Source: Azolla caroliniana (lineage: Eukaryota > Plantae > Polypodiophyta). Taken from it: 64,000 nt of DNA. The stretch covers positions 11,842,001-11,906,000 of the forward strand of contig JBHGNT010000010.1 in the NCBI GenBank assembly GCA_043228905.1, written 5' to 3'. Positions 1-11,822 of the stretch are shown here, in pieces; within the stretch, counting starts at the first letter, position 1; the number at the start of each line of letters is the position of its first letter. Made by a program: the position numbers and the translations under genes. Under the pieces are notes generated by a model that was not told the origin of the DNA, did not search any database, and saw nothing but the letters and a program-made list of their open reading frames with translations.

Positions 1-168
1 CCCTGTACGTATCCGGAGCTCCCAGTACGTATCCGGAAACGCTCTGGTTGGTGTCTTGGCCGGTTGCGGGAAGAAGTGAGGCTCGACCTTCCATACTCCG
101 TCTCTCTCTCTCGTTCGAGACCCCCGTGGTCCCGCCCCTTCTACACGCATGTGCGTAAAAACACGACA
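1..168 (+). repeat. Element A 5' LTR (3' part)
   Basis: Matches ~26600-26749; ends CACGACA; followed by PBS. Confidence 0.9.
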
Positions 169-172
169 TATT

Positions 173-190
173 TGGTGAACCCGACGTGAA
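173..190 (+). promoter_or_regulatory. Primer-binding site, tRNA-Trp (element A)
   Basis: TGGTGAACCCGACGTGAA is complementary to the 3' end of plant cytosolic tRNA-Trp (...TTCACGTCGGGTTCACCA). Confidence 0.9.
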
Positions 191-205
191 GGGCGGCAAG
201 GGAGA

Positions 206-1627
206 ATGGAGTTGGAAGAAGACGACTTCACACAACTTTTTGTCGAAGTGGTGAGGGAGTTTGGATGAGCAACAACAAGACAAGAGTCGGCGCACCAAGC
301 GGTTGAGCGATTGGTCGAAAGAGTCGGCCGTTTCAGCAGGGACAAGGTCCCATTCCACTTGGAAGACTACAACACGGAAATGGAGGAGCGAGACGTAGAC
401 GAGGCGTTGAGGCTGGAGTTCTTCTGTCGGGTCGTCGTCGTCCGTATGCATGCGGAAGTGAAGGAGCTCCGAGAAGCTCATAGTTCGTGGGAGGCCTTTG
501 AAGAGACGCTCATGCAGGCATATGGAGGACAGCAGAAGAGCCGGGGACGACACGACTTCGACTAGTGGGTTGCATCGGCGAAGACCCACCAGGGCGCGAT
601 GAAGGCGTTCTAAGAGTTCGAGCGGCGGCTTGCTCGGCTCCCAGAGCGGGAACAAGGTTTGGTGGGGGCGGACAAAGTCCTGTTGTTCGTTAAGTCGATC
701 AATCGAGCGGAACAGGAGGCCATTGGGATTGAGCTTGAAGATGAGGACAGAGCGAATGGCCTTACGGAGGATTGGTTGAAGGTTGGAAGGGTATGCCAAC
801 GGCTAGATGATGAGTAGGCCGAGAAGGCTAGGAGGAAGGTGTGCAACGGTGCACCATCACAGCGGGAAGAGGTCGAATGACAAAGAGAATCGACAAGGCT
901 CGACTTCAGGGCCAGGATTGCGAAGGCGTACGCAACACTCGAGGCAATGATTGAGGAATAGGAAAGATCGAGGCCGCAAGCCGAAGCCAAGGAGACGAAC
1001 TTGCCCCACGAGATGGCAGAAGATCGGTACGACGGTGCCACGGGAGAGGGTGCGGAACAAAACGCCCTCTCGACTTGTGGAGATAGAACGGCCGAGGACG
1101 AGGCCGAGATACCGACCGTGGAATCAGAACGTTGGGACTGGTGGTTTCGGGCTCGTCAGCCCGGAATTCCGGACATTGGAGAAGCAAGCCCAGGTGGGGC
1201 TTGTGCGATCGGTAAGAAGACGACCACCGACCACGAGGAGCCGGTGGCTACGGACAAGGGCGTAAAACAGATGGGCAATTCTTCGCGTCTTCCCACACTT
1301 TCTCCCGAGACGATGGTAGTCGGGCTTGAGTGCCCACGTGAGTCCCATGAGGAGGAAGGCGGCAGCGTGAGACCGAGAATCATCGGCAATACGATATGGG
1401 GAAAGAGTGAACAAGAGCCCTCGGAACCGATTCTGGAGAACTCGGCATTCGGGCCCTTAGACCCATGTGAGACTGAGGAGATGGATGACAGTATCGAGGA
1501 GTCCTGGCACGATGCTAGTGAAGATGGATGGGAAATGGCCTGCGAGAAGGTCGACGAAGAGATCATGAAACGACCCGACCGGGAACCGAACCGCACGGCA
1601 CTCCAATTCGGGTGGAGTGCGATCTGA
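206..1627 (+). pseudogene. gag: Decayed gag of element A with acidic low-complexity extension
   Basis: ORF 311..565 (VERVGRFSRDKV...SSWEAFEETL) is homologous to gag of C (VQRIGQFNGKDV...PTWEVFEEVL); multiple stops. Confidence 0.75.
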
Positions 1628-2530
1628 TCATGGATTGTTCGACCGGGGCCAGAATCGGTATGTGGGTGCTGATACGGGAGAGGGTGCGGAACGAGCTGCC
1701 CTCTTTTACATGGGGAGAAAGACCGATCGGGCGAAGGTCAGGAATCGAAATGAAGGTGATCAAGGGTTTGGAACCCGTCTGGCAGGATCGACATCGGAGC
1801 CGAAAATTCGGACATTGGAGAATCAAGCCCAAGCAGGGCTTGATTGATCACAGAGCGGATGCTATCCACCGGCACCACTAAAAGGGTTGGTGGCCCCGGA
1901 GGAGTCGTCGTGAGCCATTACGAAATCGGTGTCCCCACATCTTGACCAGAGACTTCGGCAGTTCGAGCCAACATGGCAACGTGAGACCGAAAGAGATGGA
2001 AGATGGAGGCGGGAACGCAACAAGGAGAGTGACGACGAATCTGGTGAAAGTGCAAGGGAGGAAGCGGAGAGCGAAGACCGGTCCTATGGGTCACCTCACA
2101 CTGGGCTAGAGACTTCATCGGTCGGCACCAAGTCCGACGTAAGACCAAGATACTAACGGTGGCGGCAGGAGAACGGGACCCGACCATCCAGAGAATGGCG
2201 GAATGGACTTCCGGATAACCGATCCCGAAGAGGGGAGAGAGCAGGCCTACGAAGAGGCTGGGAACACGATACATCGGTACCATGGGAGAGGGTGTGGAGC
2301 TAGCCACCCTCTCGGCTTGCGGAGAAAGACGACCCGGGATAAGGGTCCGAGATACGACGAGCCCAAGGAGGATCCTTCACACCAGTTCTAGAGACTCCGG
2401 CAGTCGGCTCGAGAGCCGGCGTGAGACCTAGAGTAAGGAACAGTGGCAGCAGCAAGGCGGGAAATCGAAGGCAGAAGGGCAGGTCCCACGAAGATCCTCA
2501 CACTGATCCGGTGGTTGGCCCGAGTGCCAG

Positions 2531-2824
2531 TGTCGTGAAGATCTGTCACTACGCGCGGATCGTGAGGTAGAACCGCCGGGGTTCTGGACTGGAAGGACTT
2601 GAAGTTGGCGCAAGCTTTAGTGAGAAAGTACTTAAGCTAGATTTAAAGAGAGAGAGAGCTTGAGATAGAATATAACGCTTGACTTTAGATTGAGAAAGAT
2701 TAAGATTGAACTCTTGATTTTAGATTTTAAGAAACAAGTTACATGATCAATTCGATAACCGCCTCGTCAGATCACCGGCTCAGCCGCCGCCAGATCACCG
2801 GCTCAGCCGAAAATCTTCATGACA
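2531..2824 (-). repeat. Element B 3' LTR, internally deleted (294 bp)
   Basis: Both termini match 23653-24736 but about 790 bp of the interior is missing. Confidence 0.85.
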
Positions 2825-2896
2825 TCCACCCCCACCAAACCGCACGTCCTCCGGTACGTGCCAAGAAGAGAGAAAGTGAGATTTTGGCTATGGTGA

Positions 2897-4351
2897 TCAA
2901 TCAAATTCCTCCATGTCTTCATTTACATCTGCCCTATTATGTTCATCGTCGAGGTGATCGAGGTTAGGATCCTCGTCTTGTCTTTTCTTGAAAATCTTTA
3001 CTCTTTCTCCCGCAATGGGTACGACCAACCTTGATTCGTCTAGCTCCGCAAGGTGGTATGTGGCATTATCGTTGGCACTTGTCACCACATACGGCCCGAA
3101 CCATCTTCTTGCGAACTTTCTTGTTGTACTGTGTTGATTGTCAAGGCTGCTGCCGTAAACCAAAACCCAATCTCCTTCTTCAATCTTCTTGGGACGAAGT
3201 CGATGCGTGTTGTCGAACCGAACTTTGTTCTTTACTCGGGCTGCCTCCATCATATTTCGCGCTTTTTCTAGATCTTCAGGTCTTCTTTCAAGTTGCCTTA
3301 TCCGCGCCACTAATAACTCTTCTCGGCTCATCTCGTTCTCCCATGGTATCGCTACCCATGAGGTGATCATCCTTTTGATGGGCATTACTGGCTTTTGTCC
3401 ATACATAAGCTCCGTCGGCATATACCCTGTCACCGAGTTGTGTGTCGTTCTGTCGGCCCACAAGGCATAGGGTAATAGTCGTGGCCAATTCCCGACTCGA
3501 CCGTTGCATGCCCGTACGATGGCTTTGACGATAGGTCCATGCCCTCGCTTGATCTTCCCATTCGCTTCCGGATTGTAGGCAGTCGTGAGGGAGAGCTTCA
3601 CGCCTAGTCGTTCGAAGAGCTCCGTCGCTTCGTGCACATCCAACTCCCCTCGGTCGACCACTATCTTCCCCACACATCCGTATCGGCAAACAACCTCTTC
3701 AAGTAGAAATTTGCAAACGGCTGAAGTCGTCTTATTTGTCAAGGCTTGTCCTTCCACTTGATTTGTCAAGTCTTCCCTTGCCAACACTAAGTACTTCATT
3801 TGTCCCACTCCCATTGGCATCGAGACCAGATCCACCATCCATTTGAAGTGTATGGTGAGTGGGTATGTCGGCCATAACTCATCACGATGACGTATATTTG
3901 AACGTATTTGGCAAGTTTCGCATGTGGACACAAAATGGAGTACATCTTTGTACATGCTTGGCCACCAGTACTTCTCCTTCAACTTTTCGAACATAGCCCA
4001 TGTTCCTCTATGACCTGCCCAAGCACTCTCGTGGAATTCGGTCATCAGCGTCTCTTGCTCTTCTTTCTTCACCACCACTCGACGTGGTATTCCTGTCCTT
4101 CTTTTTGGATGTCGCCAAAGGAATCCTCCCTTCAAGAAGTATCGATAAGCTTTCTTTCGGATTTGTAGGGCCTCCTCCTTTGTCAACGAAGCATCTGCCG
4201 TCAATGTTCTTAGGAATCTACCGGTCAGTAACCACTCTCCTTCGTACTTGTTCTCGTTGAAGGCATGGAGGGTTTGCGTGTCCTGGTCTTCCGCCGATAA
4301 TCGAGCCATCTTGAAGAAGTCGAGGGCGACATCTTCATCTTTCGAAACCAT
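2897..4351 (-). pseudogene. pol: Integrase region of B pol
   Basis: Zn-finger GHRG...CETC, DDE core (VDLV, DRGE, PEANGKI), C-terminal WFGPY; no chromodomain. Confidence 0.9.
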
Positions 4352-4378
4352 GTCGCTTCTATTTTCAAATCTTGCCCT

Positions 4379-6380
4379 CTACAACATGTCAGCCATGGCG
4401 TTCTTCTTCCCTGCAATGTGACAGATCTCTAGGTTTAAAGACTTGATGTAGGTGATCCACCTTAGCATAGCAAGATCTGGGGTCGCACATCCCGAGACCA
4501 TTCTAAGAATTGGGAGACAATCTGTCTCTATTATCACTTCCAACCTGATCAGATAATCTTTGTTCGTCTTCACTGCCGACACAATACCCCAAAGTTCCCG
4601 CTTGACTTGGGCATATCTTTGTTGCCGTTCGCTGAGAATCTTTGCTCCGAACCGGACGACATATCGCACATTATCTTCTCCTTCTTGATTGATGACCCAC
4701 CCGATTCCGGTTGGGCTCGTATCTACGGTCACGTAAATTGGCTTCCCTTCGGCATTGTCGACCTTCCTTAGTGCCGGAGCTTCAAGAAGCAGTTTCTTCA
4801 ATCTTCGCATCGCATTTGTGTGCTCGTCTCACCATTCGAACTTCATTCTTTTCTTTAGTAGTCCATATAACGGTTCAACAACATGAGCGTAGTGCGGAAT
4901 CCAGATATGATAAAGTGCGCATGCTCCAAGGAACCTTCTACCTCCGTTTGGTTTTCGCATTCTTCTTTCATGTCTTGGATCGCGTTCACTTTGTATGGCG
5001 AAGGCTTCCGACTGTATGCCCCACACAAGTGACCTAGCACCAAGATCTCCGGTTTCCCGAATGCGGATTTTTCTCCCGAAAATGTCAAATTCGCATCTTC
5101 GAGCCTTTGAAGCACCTTCTCGCAATCTTTCATATGATCCGCAACGAACTTTCTACAACCTTCCTTATCTTTCGATTCATCTTTCTCCTCATCCGAACAT
5201 CCTTTTATCGGAATATCATCCAAGAATGGCATCGTGATGTCCGGGATGCAATCCTTCAAGACTTTATTCATGGCATTCACCATATGAGCCACCGAGTTTG
5301 TTGCGCCTTGGGGTAAGGTACACATCCGCACAAGCCTGATCGGAGTCCTCATGGTTGTAATGTCCCGACTGTTGATCGCCAATTGGAATTGGTCATATAC
5401 GGAGGAGAGATCGCCAATGGAGTAGATGGACCGGCTCGCAAACACTTCGGCAAATTCGTCCACACTCGGACCGATTCCGGCATTTTGAATTGTCACCTTG
5501 TTGACGGGTTGAAGATCTTGGATGAATCGTAATGATCCATTCTTCTTCGGCACCGTGAACCACCTATTGGAATAAGGAGCATTCGATGGTTCTAGAATTC
5601 CCATACTCACCTTCTCCTTTAAGAGCTCAATCAGCTTCGGAAGGTGTGCTCTCGGAACCGGTATCGGTTTCAAATTCCAAGGCACATGAGGCATCGTGAA
5701 GATCACCATCGGCTCTATAACCTTTGGGTCGGCACATCCAATTTCTCGTGGGAAGAATGCGAAAGCCTTCCCATGTCTCTCAAGCATATCGCGAAACATT
5801 CGCTCCTCTTCAGGGAGAAGGAAATTCTCCTTTCCAACTCGTACCTTCCCCTTCGTCTCTTTGGTGAAGACATGACCTATCGTCTTCAGATCTCTTAAGC
5901 TTGGATTGTTAGCGACTTCCTTCATCTTTTGCCAGCTATCTTCTGGTAGCGGAACCGCAACTGGCTTGATCTTCTTATCCACCGTTTTATATTTCGTGTT
6001 GATGTCAGCTTCCTTCATCGAGATGCCACGGCGGTATTCATCGATAATAGCATACATGTTGACAGAGTTAACCGAAATCACGAAATGATCATGAAGATAG
6101 CTCAAGTCCACGACTTCCTCGATTTCGCCAATGGTGTCGTTAAATGAGGCTTCTTCCATAATATGAGTCACGAACTCTCCTTCTTCTATTATGTTTTCTT
6201 CTTTCAACATCTTCTTGAATTCTTGTATCCGACGCTTGTCCTTCATGTCGGGTAGTACTAGTTTACATGCACCACTAGGTGTGACACATGTTGCTTCTCC
6301 TCGCAATCCACACACTCTTCTTTCTTGTGGGGTCTTGTGATTGCTCGGACTATTTGTGCCCCATGCTTCAATAGTCCGCT
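4379..6380 (-). pseudogene. pol: RT and RNase H region of B pol
   Basis: RT motifs WFTVPKKNGSLRFIQDL, LPQGATNS, FLDD; RNase H VTVDTS...YAQVKREL...ETDC; disrupted by frameshift and stops. Confidence 0.9.
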
Positions 6381-6390
6381 CTAAAAATCC
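6326..6390 (-). promoter_or_regulatory. Putative -1 frameshift signal (GGATTTT plus H-type pseudoknot), element B
   Basis: Minus strand GGATTTT-TAGAG-CGGACTATT...TGGGG...AATAGTCCG...CCCCA. Confidence 0.7.
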
Positions 6391-7259
6391 GAGGATTCGC
6401 CTCCGAGACTATCTCGATTCCTTTCATGATTGGCTCGCACCGTTAGGAATTGGACCGATCTTTGGTTGTCAAGACTCTTTATTCGTGCGAAGGCTGCTCC
6501 ATTATCAAACACTTTGGTCTCCATCCGAGATGATGTGATATACGGTTGCCCTAGGATGACAGGATGCGACGCCGATTCTTGCACGAAGAAGTGTTGATCC
6601 ATCTCCACATCCCCGATCGTGACTTTGACATTGGGACAAGCTCCGTACAAGTCCTTTGTAGACTTTGTTGCTGCGCAAATCTTCCATCCGTGGTTTGTAT
6701 TGATAGGCCATCTTCCTTTTTTGTAGAAGTCGGTTGACATGAGGTTGATCTCCGAGCTGTGGTCGATCAAAGCTACCACGGTCTCTTTCTTCTCCCCGAT
6801 CTTCATCGGCGTCTCCGTTGTCGCTTGTGCCCAATGAGGTCAAGTATAATGGCTGTCCACCATATCTTCATCGACTTCGTCTCTTGCCATCGTTATGGCA
6901 TTCGTTTTTGCTTTTTGCGGCTTCTCTTCTTCCTTGTTCGATTGTTGTCTTTTTCTCTTTACAAGGTCCACGATCGTGTCATGGAACTCCTTCGTAATGC
7001 CGAGTAATTCCCTCAAGGACAAAGTCATGTGGCTATCAAGAACTCGTTCTTCGAGAATCTTCTTTAGGTCCGTCGTCTGCTCTATGTTTGACCTTAGCTT
7101 ATAGGTAGGCATAATCCTTGCCCTCGGGGCGGGGTCTTCGACACCAACCTTCACGGGCCGAACCGTTTCTTCAACTCGTATGCTCGGCTCCCCTTTTGTA
7201 TTCTCGTTACTCCGTTTGTAAAGGTCGACTCGTCTCCGCATCGTCCTTCTTTTTCGCGT
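6381..7259 (-). pseudogene. gag: B gag C-terminus and aspartic protease
   Basis: VALIDHSSEINLM, HPVILGQPY; joins 22270 in frame (HETRNAKKKD) when C and one 4-bp TSD copy are removed. Confidence 0.88.
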
Positions 7260-7991
7260 TGTCGTGCCTTTCGGCTCTGGATCTTTCCGTGAGTCGGGCG
7301 GGAACCACTGAGGTTTTGGACTAGGAGAAAAGGAAATTCTAAGACAATGAAGAATATGAAATATGTTGTAAGAAAGAAAGATATGAAAAACTCGTGAATC
7401 CCACGAGTATAGTGTATTAGTGAGTACTCAGATTAAGAGAGAAAAAAAATAGTTAGCAAATTCGTGAATCCCACGATTATATTATATTAATCCATCCTTG
7501 TAAAATAAGCAACAACCCCCCATACATCTTTCTCTCCTCCTTATATAAGGATGGAAGAGGATAAGCATAGCTTCATGCTTTTTCTAAAGTGTTCATGCAC
7601 ACTAAATGTGCATGAGTTGCCTTTTTACACTATGCTTTTATTTCCTAAATATAGTGCTCATGCTCGCTAGATGTGTACGAGTCATTTTTTATTGGTGTAC
7701 ATTTTTCTTATAAATAAAGTATTCACGCATTCTAAAAAATGCATGACTTACCTTTTAATAAAGGTAGGCGTAAATAAAGGTCTTATACATATTAAATCTA
7801 TATTTAAAACACTTAGGATAAGTTAGTACAATTGTAAGGTTGGGGTTTATCTACATGGAGGTATAGGGTTCAAATCTTGCCCTATGCATGTAATAAATAT
7901 TTTTAATATTTTATTTTATTTATTATACGTACTTTAAATCGAATATAGTATTTTACATATTTCATGTAGTGTGTGATTCACACTATTGACA
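7260..7991 (-). repeat. Element C 3' LTR
   Basis: TGTCG...TGACA; direct repeat of 21534-22269. Confidence 0.92.
7824..7877 (+). promoter_or_regulatory. tRNA-like Pol III A/B-box module in C LTR (antisense to element)
   Basis: TAGTACAATTG then GGTTCAAATCT 43 nt later; the sister LTR has TAGTACAATGG and GGTTTGAATCC. Confidence 0.55.
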
Positions 7992-8047
7992 CTCGCCCCC
8001 TCCGAACCTGCACATCCTCCGGTATGTGCGGAAGTCCCCGATGCTTG

Positions 8048-8950
8048 CTATTCACCTTCATCCGAAGCTTCCTCCGATTCTCCCCTTAAGTCGACTATGA
8101 GTTGTAATCCACTTTCTTCGCTTTTCGCATCACTGTGATCTTCGTCCGATTGCTCCTTCTTGTCGGTCTTGTCTAGGACCACATAGGGTTCTTCATCGGT
8201 CCGCTTCTTGAAAATCTTCACCCGTTTCCCGGCTATAGGCACTCGTAGCATCGTTCCATCCAACTCGCATAGTCGGTAAGTTCCGTTGTCGAAAACTTTC
8301 CGAACCTCATATGGCCCGAACCACCTTTTCACGAACTTCCGCATCGTTGTATGTTGATGATCCAAACTACTGTCGTAGACAATCACCCAATCTCCTTCTT
8401 CAATCTTCCGCGGTCGTAGTCGGTGCTTTGTGTCAAACCGGCTTTTATTCCGGAATCGTGCTTCTTATTGTCGGCGTATTGCTTTCGCTATGTCTTCCGG
8501 TCTTCCCTCTAGTTGTCGTATCCGAACCGCTAGTAGTTCTTTCCGGCTCATCTCTTCCTTCCACGGTAGCACTGTCCATATCGCGATCGTGGTTTCCGTT
8601 AACATTACCGGTGCTTGTCCGGTCATGAGTTCTGCCGGCATGTAACCGGTTACGGAGCTATGCGTCGTCCGATCCGCCCATAGTACATACGGAAGCATCT
8701 GTGGCCAATCCTTCACCCTTCCATCGCATGCCTTCACATGTGCTTTGACGATCGGATGATGTCCTCGTTCGATCTTCCCATTGGCTTCCGGATTGTATGC
8801 CGTTGTCATTGTTATACGAACTCCATGTTTGGTGAAGAATTCCTTCGCTTTATCCGAGTTGAGTTCTCCCCAATCCGCAATCACTTGTCCTACGTACCCA
8901 TACCTGCAAAACACCTCTTCCGAAAGAAATTGGCATACTACAGAACACGT
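8048..8950 (-). pseudogene. pol: C integrase, C-terminal half
   Basis: PEANGKIERGH, LWADRTT, WFGPY. Confidence 0.88.
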
Positions 8951-9463
8951 TGTCGTGAAGAAAACCGTCCCTTAGCGCAATCGGTGCATAGCGCACGTGA
9001 ACCGGCTCTTCACGCGTGCACGCCCTTTAATGTATATAATAGGGAATTAGGTACATAGGCATATCCGGGGGTAGTTAGATTCGGTAGGTAGGAAGTAAAT
9101 GAGGGAGACGGCTCCCTTCCTTAAGCTATAAAAGAGAGGGAGACGCGGGGGGAGAGGGGATCGCGCATTAAGGAGGACGAAGTGTTGTCGGACCGTAACC
9201 GAATGCTTCTCCTCTGTTCATTCTCCATCGCTCTTCTCTACAGGATTTTGGGAGGCTCGCGCTGCTTCGAGGAACGCCCGCGTGCTTCCGGCAGCACCTC
9301 CATCCTATCCCCTTTTGTGCGTAGACGAACAGGCATCGACATCTGTTCGCCGGCCTGTTCGGTTGTAACTGCTCGCGTGCTCTGTTGTTTTGTGTCATTT
9401 GTTAATATACAAACATTCGTGTCTCTCTGTCTCTGTGTCCATTCGTGTTTCCTGCGTTGACGG
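8951..9463 (+). mobile_element. LTR fragment E (A-related family) inserted in C integrase and interrupted by D
   Basis: Starts TGTCGTGAAG after acgt; TATA gctataaaag at ~9125; 9200-9460 matches the reverse complement of ~63740-64000. Confidence 0.75.
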
Positions 9464-10564
9464 TGTCGTGGCGTGGCTCGCCTAGAAGCGTAGCGTTGCG
9501 TAGACAAAGGATAACGTGAAAGTGAGGAAGGAATCACTGGGATTATGGACGGAAGAGACGAAAGAGTAGAGATAGATAAATAGTGATCAACAAGATATGA
9601 CAAGATAGGATATAGAATGATATTTGAAGCAATAAAAGAGATTTATAATTATTTGATAAAAGAGTTACAAAATGATTGTACACGTCGTTGAACCTCCGAA
9701 CTTTGTCTTGCAAGGTAATCGCTCTTCTCTTTCTTGATCGTAGGCCACTACAATCTTCACTTCAATATTTTGATGAAGATAAGGCTCGAACCACCTCCCT
9801 CTTGTTGAGAGTTGACCACCACGACCGCCAAGCTAGAACTCCACCTTTATGTTAAACTTCTTCCCTTCTTTATCTATTTTTGTGGTATCTCTTATGTAAT
9901 ACATAATTTGATTGATATCTCATACATATCCCCCTTTGATCTTCTCTTTCACCATTTAAATAGGTGCCCCCATGCATATGATGCATTGGAGGGTACAAAT
10001 CATGCATGTAGTGCATGAAATGCATGTGATGCATGATCGCCATTTGGCGTTCATGCATTACATGTGATGCATGATAAACATCTCGCTCATTTGAGCTTTT
10101 ATGTATGAAACAATATATGCAATAAGAATAAACATGAAAACATAATCTTAAAGAGAAAGGGCCTAGCCTAATGGTAGGTGTGTTGACTTTAGTGTATGAG
10201 GTTGTGGGTTTGAGTCTCAAAATACTATTGAATACAACATGCAACTTTATTTTTATATCATGAAGCAAATCCTTTATGTAATATAAAGTATATATAAAGT
10301 ATGCTTTATTTTATGAATATTATTAGTGTAGAGTAAATGGTAAGATTTGAGAGTCATAGGGTGGGGTTATTGGTTCAAGTCCTCTCTTGTTCGTGTAATA
10401 TAATATATTTATCTATATATATATTATTTTTCTTTACATATATATAATATTATCATATGTGTTGTTAATATTATCTTTATATATAAAACATTATCAAATG
10501 TTATTTTAGTTACGTATTTATCTTATTGTAGACTTTTAATGTGAAGCTTTCGTACTTCACGACA
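9464..10564 (-). repeat. Element D 3' LTR (1101 bp)
   Basis: TGTCGTGG...CACGACA; repeated at 16298. Confidence 0.93.
10164..10217 (+). promoter_or_regulatory. tRNA-like A/B-box module in D LTR (antisense)
   Basis: TAGCCTAATGG and GGTTTGAGTCT, 43-nt spacing, D-arm-like gcct/aggt; second copy 16998-17051. Confidence 0.55.
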
Positions 10565-10604
10565 TCCACCCCCTCTAGACCTGCACATCCTCCGGCATGT
10601 GCCA

Positions 10605-11822
10605 CTATCTTTCATCTTCATGTTGATCTATTGGAGGAGGTTCAAGCTCAAACCTTTTCTTAAATACTTTTATCCTCTTTCCAGCTACCACGTTTAGGAT
10701 TAGTGTCCCATCCAATTCACTAAGCTTATAAGTAAAGTTATCATATACTTTTCTTACTATATAAGGCCCAAACCATCTTTCAGCGAACTTGCGAACAGTG
10801 CTATGTTGATTATCTAAACTGCTATCATACACAAGCACCCAATCTCCTTCTTCTATTTTCTCAGGTCGAATTCTATGACTTTTATCAAAACGGATTTTAT
10901 TCTTTAGTCGAGCCTCCTTCAATTGTTGGGCTGCTATTTCTATATCTTCAGGTCGACGCTCTAATTGTTGAATTCGCAAAGCAAGCAATTCTTCTCTGCT
11001 CACCTCTTCTCTCCATGGAATAGATATCCATGACATAATTGATTCTTCTATCGGCATGATGGGCTTTTGGCCAAGTATCAATTCAGCTGGCATGTATCCT
11101 GTTACTGAACTATGAGTTGTTCGATCCGCCCATAGTGCATAAGGTAGCATGCGTGGCCAATCTCTTATTTTACCTTTACAGCTTTTCACTATCGCCTTAA
11201 CTATTGGGCTATGTCCTCTTTCAATCTTTCCATTGGCTTCTGGATTATACGCAGTTGTAAGTGATAATTTGACCCCTATTCGGCTGAAGAATTCTCTAAC
11301 TTCATCAGAGTCGAGTTCTCCTCTATCTGCAATTATTTTACCAACACACCCGTAACGACATATTACATCTTCTAACAAAAATTTACATACAGCTCTAGTT
11401 GTTTTTTGTCGTAGTGGTCTTCCTTCTACTTGGTTTGTAAGGTCTTCTCTTGCTAGTACTAAATATCGCATTTGACCTTCCCCAAGTGGCATTGTCACTA
11501 GATCGACCATCCATTTATAATGCATTGATGATGAATATGTTGGTTTCAGCTCATCTCGATACCGGATAGTTGAATACCTCTGGCAAACCTCACAGGTTTC
11601 CACAAATTTCGTTACATCTTTGTACATATGTGGCCACCAATACTTTTCTTTCAACTTCATAAATGTCGCCCATATGCCTCTATGTCCTGCCCACAAACTA
11701 TCATGGAATTCATTAATTAATTTTCTCTTAATGTCATCCTTACAAATGACTCGAAGAGGATTTTCGGTTGGCCTTTTTGGACGCCTCCATAAATGCCCTT
11801 CATGTAAAAAAAACTTGAATGC
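10605..11822 (-). CDS. pol: D integrase (separated from RT-RH by one in-frame TGA)
   Basis: GHRG...CEVC, DDE core, WFGPY; 363-aa open frame. Confidence 0.9.
   Translation of the reverse strand, partial: AFKFFLHEGHLWRRPKRPTENPLRVICKDDIKRKLINEFHDSLWAGHRGIWATFMKLKEKYWWPHMYKDVTKFVETCEVCQRYSTIRYRDELKPTYSSSMHYKWMVDLVTMPLGEGQMRYLVLAREDLTNQVEGRPLRQKTTRAVCKFLLEDVICRYGCVGKIIADRGELDSDEVREFFSRIGVKLSLTTAYNPEANGKIERGHSPIVKAIVKSCKGKIRDWPRMLPYALWADRTTHSSVTGYMPAELILGQKPIMPIEESIMSWISIPWREEVSREELLALRIQQLERRPEDIEIAAQQLKEARLKNKIRFDKSHRIRPEKIEEGDWVLVYDSSLDNQHSTVRKFAERWFGPYIVRKVYDNFTYKLSELDGTLILNVVAGKRIKVFKKRFELEPPPIDQHEDER

Noticed and set aside
173-190. tRNA-Trp matches as tRNA genes
   Set aside because: Only 18-nt complements including CCA, next to LTRs; these are primer-binding sites.
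610-2613. Many overlapping short ORFs in A, and antisense ORFs over pol regions generally
   Set aside because: Alternate-frame or antisense shadows of decayed retroelement sequence with no recognisable domains.
9870-10268. His/Met-rich ORFs (also 16704..17102, 23754..24014, 54521..54841)
   Set aside because: Translation artefacts of the CATGCA clusters inside LTRs.
10326-10382. Second A/B-box-like stretch in the D LTR
   Set aside because: Weak A-box and no clear arms; not counted among the 11 modules.
10605-10700. Chromodomain or env-like ORF after integrase
   Set aside because: Integrases end shortly after the GPY module and run into the hairpin and PPT.
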